From: the human T2T-CHM13v2.0 reference genome, Homo sapiens | NCBI RefSeq assembly: GCF_009914755.1 | Contig: NC_060927.1 | Length of the DNA: 64,000 nt | Strand: one strand, 5' to 3' | Shown: positions 53,790-64,000 of the stretch, piece by piece | Layout: every line of letters begins with the position of its first letter | Position numbering within the stretch: the stretch's first letter is position 1 | Position numbers and translations under genes: made by a program | The notes under the pieces: model-generated | Seen by the model: only the letters and a program-made list of their open reading frames with translations | What the model was told of the DNA's origin: nothing | Database searches by the model: none

Positions 53790-56700
53790 AAAAGAGCCTC
53801 TAAAATGCTTTGGGCCCCTAAATGAACTTAACAGGCAGTCTAGGCTACAAGAACTGCAACTCCTAGGAGAGTAGTAGTGCTGAACTTGGCCCAGAGACAG
53901 TGGACTCTGGGGTCACATAACCTACTGAGACACCAGCCAGGGTGGCTAAGGGAGTGCTTGCATTACCCCTTCCCTAAACCCAGGCTTCACAGCTTGCAAC
54001 TGCAAAAAAGATCCTTTCCTTCCACTTGAGGAAAGGAGAGGGGAGAGTGCAGAGAACTTTGTCTCACATCTTGGATACCAGCTTAACCACAGTATGATAG
54101 GGCATGGGTCAGGGTTGTGAGGCCCTAGGTCACAGATGACATTTCTAGACACACCCTGGTCTAGAAGGGAACCCACTGCCTTGGAAGGAAGAACCCAGTC
54201 CTGCCAGCATTCATGGTCTGCTAAGTGAAGAGCCCGTAGGCCCCAAATAGCCAGCAGTGATAGCCAGGTGCTATGTTGAGGGCCTTGGGTGAGCCTCTGA
54301 GACTTGCTGGCTTCAGGAGAGACTCAGTACACTCCAAGCTGAGGTGACTACATGAAACTCCTTCTGCTTAAGAAAAGCAGAGGGAAAATTAAAGGGGACT
54401 TTGTCTTGCACCTTAGATACCAGCTTAGCCACAGGGGAATAGAGCACAAAGTGGGTGCTTGGGATCCTTAGTTCTAGAACTTGGCTCTTGAACAGCATTT
54501 CTGGTCCAGAGGGAAGCCCACTGCTCTGAAGTGAGCCTCAGTCAGGCAGCATTCACCACAGCTAATTGAAGAGCCCCTTGGCCTTAAGAGAACATTAGCA
54601 GTAGTCTTGTAGTACTCACTGTGGGCCTGCGGTGGTAATGGCCCCTGGGTGAGGCTCCTCTGCCTTTGGAAAGGGAAGACTCCTCTGCCCTGGGAAGAAC
54701 TGGATCTTACGGTTTGAGTGTAGCTCAGCCACAGTACGAAAGAACAACAGGTAGATTTCTAAGAATTTTGACTCTGGTCCCTGGCTCCCAGACAGCAACT
54801 CTAGACTCACCCAGGGCCTGTAGAAACTAACCACCATGAAGGTAAGGACACAGACCTGGTTGGCTTTGCCATCTGCTGATTGTAGAGCCCCCAATCCTTG
54901 AGCAAACATAGGCAATAACAAGGGAATGATTACTGTAGGCCTTAAGTGAGGCCCATTGCTGTGCTGGTGTCAGATATGACCCACACAGTCACAGTGGCAG
55001 TGGCCACAGGAGTTGTTTTGTTAACCCATGCCCAATTTTAGGTGGCTCAGAACAGAGAGACTCTGTTGGTTTGAGTGAAAGTAAAGGTAATCCAGAGAAT
55101 ACTCCCACATCTTGTCCAAGATTATAAAGACGATATCTCTACAAGTCTGCAAGAACCACGATGATACTGGGCTTGAGGTGCCCCTAAAAGTAGACACAGC
55201 TTAGAATACAACACCCAAATCTTTTCAAATATCTGGAAAACTTTCCAAAGAAGGATGGGTGTAAAGAAGCCCAGACTGTGAAGACTATAATAAATACCTA
55301 ACTCTTCAATGCCCAGTCACTAATCGACATCTACAAACATCAAGAACATCCAGGAAACCATGAACTCACCAAATTAACTAAATAAGTCACCAGGGACCAA
55401 TCCTGGAGGAACAGAGACTTCATCTGTACTATAGATCAAATTAACCTAATAGATATATATTTTTTATTCAATTGCTGCAGAATACATATTCTTTTCCTCA
55501 GTACCTAAATCATTCTCAAAGATAGACCATATGTTAAGTCACAAAACAAGTCTTAAAATGTTCAAGAAAGTTGAAGTAATATCAAGCATCTTCTCTGACC
55601 ACAGTGGAATAAAACTAGAAATCAATAACAATAGTAATTTTGGAAACCCTGCAGATACATGGAAATTTTAAAATATGTTCCTGAATGACCAGTGGGTCAA
55701 TGAAGAAGTTAAGAAGAAAATTGAAAAACTTCTTGAAACAAATGATAATGGAAACACAACATACCAAAACCTATGGATACAGCAAAAGCAGTAGTACCAC
55801 GAGGGAAATTTATGGCTGTAAGTGCCTACATCAAAAAAGAGGAAAAAATTCAAATGAACAATCTAATGAAGAATCTTAAAGAACTAGAAAAACAAAACCA
55901 AACCAAACCCACAATTAGGAGAAGAAGAGAAATAATAAAGATCAGAGGAGAAATAAATGAACTTGAAATGAAGAAAATACAAAAGCTTACTGAAACAAAC
56001 CTTGGTTTTTTGAAAATTTAAGTAAAATTGACAGACCTGTAGCCATACTAAGAAAAAAAGAGAGAAGACCCAAATAAATAAAATCAGAAATGAAAAAGGA
56101 GACATTGCAACTGATAATGCATAAATGCACAGGATCATTAGTGGCTACTATGAGCAATTATATGCCAATAAATCGGAAAATCTAGAAGAAATGGACATAT
56201 TCCTAGACACATACAACCTACCAAACTTAAACCATGAAGAAATTAAAAACTTGAACAGATCAATAACAAATAAGATCAAAGCCATAATAAAGTCTCACAG
56301 TGAAGAAAAGCCCAGTACCCAGTGGCTTCACTGCTGAATTCTACCTAACATTTAAAGAGAATCTAATACCAATCTTACTGAAACTACTCCGAAAAATAGA
56401 GGAGGGACTACTTCCAAACTCATTCTATATGTCCAGTATGACCCTAATACCAAAACCAGACAAAGGTACATCAGAAAAAGAAAACTACAGGCCAATATCT
56501 CCAATGAATATTGATGCAAAAATCCTTAACATATTACTAGCAAACTGAGTTCAACATTATATTAGAAAGGTAATTCCTCATAACCAAGCGGGATTTATTT
56601 CTGGGATGCAAGAATCTTTCAACATACGCAAATCAATCAATATGATACATCATAACCACAGAATGAAGGACAAAAACCATGTAATCATTTCAATTGATGC

Positions 56701-58821
56701 TTAAAAGACATTTGATAAAATTAACATCCCCTCATGATAAAAACCCTAAAGAAAACTGTGCATAGAAGCAACATCCCTCCACACAATAAAAGCCATACAC
56801 GACAGACCCACAGCTAGTATCATACTGAATGGGGAAAAACTGAAAGCCTGTCTTCTAAGACCTCTCACATGACAAAGATGTCCACTTTCACCACTATAAT
56901 TCAACATAGTACTGGAAATACTGGAATATATCATACTGGCTAAAGCAATCAGACAAAAGAAAGAAATAAAGGGTATCCAAATTGGAAATGAAGAAGTCGA
57001 ATTATCCCTTTTTGCAGATGACATGATTTTATATTTGGAAAAATCTAGAGAGTCTACCAATAGCTATTAGAACTGATAAGCAAATTTAGTAAAGTTGCAG
57101 GATACCAAATCAATATATTAAAATCAGTAGCATTTCTATATGCTGACAGTGAACAATCTGAAAAAGAAATAAAAATGTAATTTCATTTACAATAGCCACA
57201 AATAAAATTAAATACCTAGAAATTAACTTAACCAAAGAAGTGAAATCTCTATAATGAAAGCTGTAAAAAACTGATAAAAGAAATTGAAGAAGACTCCAAA
57301 AAAATGGAAAAATATTCCATGTTTAGAGACTGGAAGGATCAATATTGTTAAAATGTCCATGCTACCCAAAGCAGTCTGCAGATTCAATGGAAACCCTATG
57401 AACATACCAATGCTATTCTTGACAGAGATAGAAGAAACAATCCTAAAATGTATATGGAACCACAGAAGACCCAGAGTAGCCAAAGCAAACATACAATCTC
57501 TTGCCAATGACTTAAATCTAAGATGTCGTACTGTGAAGTTACTACAAGAAAACACTGGAAAAACTCTGCAGGACATTGCTCTGGGCAAAAATTTCTTGAG
57601 CAATGCTCCATAAACACAGGCAACCAAAGCAAAAATGGACAAATGGCATCACGTCAAGTTAAAAACCTTCTTCACAGCAAAGGAAACAATCAAGAAAGTG
57701 AGGAGAAAACCCACAGAATGAAAAGAAACATTTGCAAACTGCCCATCTGACAAGGGATTAATAACTGGAATATATAAGGGGCTCAAACAACTCTATAGGA
57801 AAAAATATAATAATCTGATCAAAAAATGGGCAAAAGATTTGAATAGGTGTTTCTCAAAAGAAGAAATACAACTAACAAACAGGTATATGAAAAGGTTCTC
57901 AACATCACTGATTCTCAGAGAAATGCAAATGATAACTGCATTGAGATATCATCTCATCCTAGTTAAAATGGCTTATATCCAAAAGACAGACAATAACAAA
58001 TCCTGGCTAGGATGTGGAAAGAAGGGAACCCTCATACATTGTTGGTGGGAATGTAAATTAGTATGACCACTATGGAGAACACTTTGGAGGTTACTCAGAA
58101 AACTAAAATGGAGCTACTGTATGGTCCAGCAATCCCACTGCTGGGTATATTCCCAAAATAAAACATATTAGTATATTGAAGATATATCTGCACTCCCATG
58201 TTTGTTGCAGCACTGTTCACAATAGCCAGGATTTGGAAACAACTGAAGTGTCTATCAACAGATGAATGGATAAAGAAAATGTGGTACATATAAACAACGG
58301 AGTACCATTCAGCCATAAAAAAGAATGAGATCCTGTCATTTGCAACAACATGGGTGGAACTGGAGATCATTACGTTAAATGAAATAAGTCAGTCACAGAA
58401 AGACAAACATTGCATGTTCTCACTTATTTGTGGAAGCTAAAAATCAAAACAGTTGAACTCACGGAAATAGAGAGTAGAAGGATATTTACCAGTGGCTGGG
58501 AAGGGTGCTAGGGGAGTTGGGGGAGGTGGGGATGGTTAATGGGTAGAAAAAAATATCTAGAAAGAATGAATAAGATCTACTATTTGATAGCACAAGAGGG
58601 TGACTATAGTCAATAATAATTTAATTGTACATTTTAAAATAACTAAAAGAGTATAATTAGATTGTTTGTAATACAGAAGATAAATGTTCGAGGGGATGTA
58701 TATCCTATTCTCCATGATGTGATTATTACACATTGCATGCATATCAAAACATCTCATGTACCCAGTAAATACATATGCCAACAATGTACTCACAAAAATT
58801 ACAAATTAAATAAAAAAAGAA
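53790..58821 (+). mobile_element. L1MA2-like LINE-1 (L1M1-type 5'UTR), internally deleted
   Basis: 5'UTR with repeated monomers. ORF2 remnants ([21 protein letters not shown]; TTTGCAGATGACATGAT; KKWKNIPC). L1MA1-3-type 3'UTR GGGATGGTTAATGGGTA...CTACTATTTGATAGCACAA, then an A-rich tail. Confidence 0.92.
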
Positions 58822-59413
58822 ATTACAGTTAGTTTTAATTTCTCACCTTGCTTATGAAAGCAATCAGCTCATCTTTGCAGGTGAATTATGAAGTTAGCTG
58901 TTACCTCTGATCTTGTGCCATAGTTTGCAAGAACACAGAGTTACCACCAAGATCTACAAACCGGCAAATATGCCCTTTGCCTTCTCTATTTCTACCAGAC
59001 CTGGGCAGGCTAGGTGGGCCTTTACTGCTAGTGTTCCCTGTGAAGGAATAGGCTTCCTGGGAAGCATCTCAGAATGCTAGGGAAGCTATACAAATGCCTC
59101 CAGTGCTTTTCTCATCCTTTAGAAACTGTAGGCCCAGAGACATCCCCTTTTTCTGGCACTGTGTCTACTTGCAGGAGTGAGGGGTGTTATGTCATCCTGA
59201 GACCATCTTCTTACCCTTCTAATTCTGTTTTCATTAAGTTGGGAAGACCACACAAGTGTCTCAGGCTTGTTCTCAAGTATTGGCGTTTTCAGAAAGTTCT
59301 TCTAGGTTACAGATAGTTGCTTTTTAAATTTTCTTTGTGTAGAAGGAATAAAGCCTGAGACCTCCTATTTCACCATCTGCTGATGGTGATGCCATCTTGG
59401 TGATATCACCTCT
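58822..59413 (-). mobile_element. 5'UTR of the antisense L1 at 50491-53789
   Basis: Minus strand begins AGAGGTGATATCACCAAGATGGC...CAGCAGATGGTGAAATAGGAGG, an L1M 5'-end motif similar to that at 31827. Confidence 0.7.
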
Positions 59414-59449
59414 TCATTTTTTTTTTTTTTTGGATTTTCATTTTCCTGT

Positions 59450-60415
59450 TGCCTTTTGCAGAGCAGAGTGTTTTTTGTTTGTTTGTTTTCATTTATTAAT
59501 GAAATCCAGCTTAATGATTATTTCTTTCATAGATTATGCCTTTGGTGCTGTATCTAAAAAGTTATTGCCTCTCCTGAGGTCATCTAGGTTTTCTCCTATG
59601 TCATCTTCTATGACTTTTATGGTTTTGTGTTTTACATTTATGTCTGTGATTCATTTTTAGTTAATTTTAGTGAAGGTCTAACTAGATTCATTCTTTTGCA
59701 TATGAATGTTCAGTTGTTCCAGCACCATTTGTTGAAAAGGCTATTTTTTTCTCCATTCTATTTCCTCTGCTCATTTATCAAAGATCAGTTAACTATATTT
59801 AGGTGAATCTGTTCCTAGGCTTTTTATTCTGTTCTGGAATGTATCTATTCTTTTGCCATACTATCTTGATTACTGTAGATCCATGGGAAGTCTTGAAGTA
59901 GGATAATTCCTGTCCTTTGACTTAGTTATTCTTCTTCAATATTGTTGGCTATTCTGAGTCTTTTACATCTCCAAATAAACCACAAAATATCTTACTGAGA
60001 TTTTTATTGGTATAGCATTGGAACTATAGACCAAGTGGGAAAGAGCTGACACCTTTATGATAATGAATCTTCCTATCCAATGAAAATTGAATACATCTTT
60101 ATTTGTTTAGTTATCTGATTTCCTTCATCAGAGTTTCGCAGTTTTCTCATATATGTCTTATACATATGTGAGGAAATATATACATTTTACTTGATGTGTA
60201 CCAAAGTATTTTATTAGCACCAAAAGGTCCTAATATAAATGGTATTAAATTTAATTTCAAATTTCACTTGTTCCTTGCTGATATATAGAAAATCAAGGGA
60301 TTTTTGTATATTAACCTTGTATCCTGCAACCTTGCTACAATTGCCTATTAGTTCCAGGAGTTTATTTGGGTTATTTTTTGATTTTTTAAAATTTTCTACA
60401 TAGACAATCATATCA
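59450..60415 (-). mobile_element. L1MC-type ORF2 fragment
   Basis: Minus-strand ORF MIVYVENFKKS...LLELIGNCSKVAGYKVNIQKS. Shares AAGTGAAATTTGAAATT with the L1MC1-like copy at about 6360. Confidence 0.85.
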
Positions 60416-61395
60416 CTATGCTACCATATGTTTATAAAAGTTACTTGAATTTTAAGGTAATAAACGTGAAATAAAACCACTGTGCAAGTAGATACTTTTC
60501 TTCAGCCCCTGTGTAACAAAGACGAGTACAGGTGAGATGTAGTTGATGAATGGAGGGAGGCCTACCACACAGCTGAACAATAGATCCCAAGATACGCCTT
60601 GAATAGTGACTCAGGATTGAAACTTCAACCTATAATTCTGGAATACTCTGCTTGTAATATTTTTTTGTATGAAGAAAAGTGAAATAAATGTTATTACCAA
60701 CTCTGATTCAAGAAATCACTTTAAGTCATGTTCAGAATCACTGTTCATCATATTCTGAGTACTTAGCATTGTAATGATTTGGCAAAATTATGAGTTATTC
60801 TGGCATTCCTAGATAAAGTTTAATTACATTTATCTTATTTATCAAGCAATCTAGCATAACTTGGCAAACATGGAACAGCAAGTTAATTCACTATGTTTTA
60901 CCCCCTTTTTGAGTAAATGAAAGATTTTCTGTGCATAAGATTTAATTTTATGCACAGTATGACAAATCCAAAATTCCTTTGAAAATCATCATTACAAAGG
61001 CAATATTAAATATGATACACCTAGTTACCTGATGACAAGGCTTATTAATATGTTTGTAATAAGAGATTAAACTTTAAGATATTTATAAAAGAGCTGAAAG
61101 ACCTCAAGATCTCCATTCCCGTTTTTTACCAAGAAGATTTTTTCACTTGAAACCCTATAATTTCAAAGACCTGAGAGCTCATTACTGCATTTTAATAGAG
61201 AAAATACCTTTGAATTGTATGGCTCTCTGAAACTCTGATTAAAAAAATCAGAATTGGTTTACATTATCTAAATAGCCAAAATGAAAACTAGGCAATATTC
61301 TGGTAATCTGGGAATTGTGTAGTAATATTTTAACTGAAGGATTAATGTTGCTAAATTTGGGACTTTGAAACATGAGCCATTGTTTTGAGTAAGCT

Positions 61396-61426
<31 letters not shown>

Positions 61427-61739
61427 GTTTTTAGCAGTATTATGAGATTACTAGGTGAAATGGGAATGGGTGGACTCAACATAACTTCTACCTTTCCCCA
61501 GTTAGCAAGGGTGAGTTTATTAGAGTAGCAAAATTGTCACACTGAAAATTGTCATGGGCCAGACCTCAAATGTGAGATGTAGTTAGCTTTGATGGACTAT
61601 TTCAGCCAAGTATAAGTAGGCAGAAGCAAGCAGGGTGGAAAGCTTCCAGGCATTGTGACATCATGGAAGGGTAGGTTTTGATATACCAGGCCCTGACTCC
61701 CTATCCATAATTATGGCAGTAAGCCAAGAGATATATAGT

Positions 61740-61930
61740 AACCTTTATTAGGAGTTTCTGCTAGATACTGTGCTAAGAATTTTATATACAGTAACTCAAA
61801 GGAAACATGTTATTCCATTCTACAGAGGGAAAACTGATTAATTAACACATATAACTTACCTAAGGCCACAGATAGCCAGGATTTAATTTCAGGCACTCTG
61901 ATTCTGAAGTTGAGGTACTTTAATGCCACC
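61740..61930 (-). mobile_element. MIR SINE
   Basis: ACTGTGCTAAG, CCATTCTACAGAGGGAAAACTGA and TAACTTACCTAAGGCCACA core motifs. Confidence 0.75.
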
Positions 61931-62104
61931 TTACAGTTAGAAATGGGAAACTAAAATGCCCATTTTAGCCAGGAGATGTTGTGAGCGAGTGACACAAATT
62001 GAGTGAAAAACAATCAGGAGTGATGGGCCTTATGGAAAACAGACAACCTCATGCTTATTCCTTATAAATGTTTTATTTTAATGTTCTTTGTCTTGTTATT
62101 TTCT

Positions 62105-63277
62105 TTTTTTTTTCTTTTTAAATTTAACTATAACTTCTGGAATACATGTGCTGAACTTCCTCATTTGTTACATGGGTATACATGTGCCATGGTGGTTTGC
62201 TGCACCTATCAAACCGTCATCTAGGATTTAAGCTCGCATGCATTAGGTATTTGTCCTAATGCTCTCCCTCCCCTTTCCCCCCACTCAAGATATATTAAAG
62301 ACTTAATGAAACATAAAATCATAAAAACCCTAGAAGAAAACCTGTGCAATACCATTCAGGACATAGGCATGGGCAAAGACTTCATGACTAAAACACCAAA
62401 AGCAATTGCAACAAAAGCCAAAATTGACAAATTGGATCTAATTAAACCAAAAAGCTTCTGCTCAGCAAAAGAAACTATCATTAGAGTGAACAGGCAACCT
62501 ACAGAATGCGAGAAAATTTTTGCAATGTATCCATCTGACAAAGGTCTAATATCCAGAACCTTCAAGGAACTTAAACAAATTTACAAGAAGAAAAAGAACT
62601 CCATCAAAAAGTGGATGAAGGATATGAACAGACACTTCCCAAAAGAAGACATTTATGCGGCCAACAAACATATGAAAAAAAGCTCATCATCACTGCTCAT
62701 TAAAGAAATGCAAATCAAAACCACAATGAGATACCATCTCACGCCAATTGGAATGGTGATCATTAAAAAGTCTGGAAACAACAGATGCTGGTGAGGATGC
62801 AGAGAAATAGAACACTTTTACACTGTTGGTGGGAGTGTAAATTAGTTCCACCATTGTGGAAGACAGTGTGGCGATTCCTCAAGAATATAGAACCAGAAAT
62901 ACCATTTGACCCAGCAATCTCATTACAGGGTATATACCCAAAAGATTATAAATCATTCTACTATAATGATACACACATACATATGTTTATTGCAACACTA
63001 TTCACAATAGCAAAGACTTGGAACCAACCCAAATGCCCATCAATAATAGACTGGATAAAGAAAATATGGCACATATACACCATGGAATACTATGCAGCCA
63101 TAAAAAAGAATGAGTTCATGTCCTTTGCAGGGACATGGATGAAGTTAGAAACCATCATCCTCAGCAAACTAACACGGGAACAGAAAACCAAACTCTCATG
63201 TTCTCACTCATAAGTGGGAGTTGAACAATGAGAATACATGGACACAGGGAGGGAAACATCACACACCGGGGCCTGTT
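62105..63277 (-). mobile_element. L1PA8-like insertion, 5'-truncated with a twin-priming inversion (62105-62284 antisense 3'UTR and tail; 62285-63277 inverted ORF2 end)
   Basis: TSD TTGTTATTTTCT at 62093-62104 and 63278-63289. GCATGCATTAGGTATTTGTCC diagnostic. ORFs 62306-62794 and 62785-63213 are the L1 ORF2 C-terminus (HCWWECKL...WKTVW). Confidence 0.93.
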
Positions 63278-63884
63278 TTGTTATTTTCTAAATTTAAGAG
63301 CATCTACTGGCCAAAGAAAACTTCAGCACGGTTTGCCAATTAGCAGCCACACAAAGAGGGGATGAAGTCCATGAACTTTGTCAAAAGTCAAACCTGGACA
63401 ATCAGTCTTACTATTTTTTTTTCTTCTGAGAAATAAGTGGATAATTTCCGATTAACACATGCATCAACTATGAAAACAATAAATGGTTGACAGTGCTCAC
63501 AAAGCTTGCCCTATCTCTTTGTCCTTTGTTCTCGTACCTTCCAGGTGCAGATGTGTCCTAGAAATAAAAAAAAAGCCTGAAGTATTCACTTCATTGGTGG
63601 ACTTCTGCCCTCTAAACTTAAGAATTCAAACATTGAGATTCAAAGACGTAGAGATGGCTCTTGCTATTTCCTCCACCACAAGCCTCCAGAGCGGCTTTTC
63701 CTTAACCGTCACTGCATGGAGTAGAATGGGCAGAGGAAGAGGAGCTTTTTCTTTGTAAGTACAAAATAATAAGCTGAAATATCGTTTTCCCCAACTATGC
63801 CCTATACTTACTGTGCTGTGCAACTCTGTACTTATTCTTTCTCCTTTACTTCTCATTATTGTCATGCCCTTCTCCTCATAAGAG

Positions 63885-64000
63885 ACAGTACAGACTAGGA
63901 TCTATAAACCTAGACTCTACAGTCAAACAAACTTAGGTTTGATTCCCCTGCTCTTAAATGCTGCTTGTGTGCAACTTATTTCATTTATGAGAGCTCTGGC
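63885..64000 (+). mobile_element. MIR fragment
   Basis: AGACTCTACAGTCAAAC...GGTTTGATTCCC...GCAACTTATTTCAT pattern. Confidence 0.5.

Noticed and set aside
59450-60415. Inverted missing middle of the + L1 at 46334-50490
   Set aside because: It resembles the L1MC-type copy more closely and no shared TSD or junction is visible; cannot be supported without alignment.
62306-63213. Longest ORFs in the window (162 aa and 142 aa) as a gene
   Set aside because: They are the frameshifted C-terminus of L1 ORF2 inside the inverted L1PA8.

Overview
AT-rich, CpG-depleted primate (human/ape-like, since it contains AluY) non-coding DNA, either intergenic or deep intronic. Well over half of it is recognisable transposable-element sequence. 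I see no supportable host protein-coding gene, RNA gene or CpG island. The protein-like ORFs in the track are remnants of L1 ORF1/ORF2, the Tigger1 transposase, an ERV gag-like segment or Alu. Main contents: two near-full-length Tigger1 DNA transposons in opposite orientation; several long, internally deleted old L1s (L1MC1-like, L1M3/L1MA9-like, L1MA2-like); a twin-primed inverted L1PA8 with TSD; eight Alus, including two closely spaced inverted pairs; a 5'-truncated MER61-type ERV1; an MSTD LTR-int-LTR element; solo MSTA, MLT1 and LTR16 LTRs; and a 604-bp pure A/T minisatellite. I found no evidence for a new biological system. The most interesting items are local rearrangement signatures (template-switch inverted duplications, twin priming, a nested TE stack), the structured AT-only VNTR, and three splice-site-bounded candidate exons on the + strand that could belong to a lncRNA. 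Subfamily names come from recalled consensus sequences and need confirming with RepeatMasker/Dfam.
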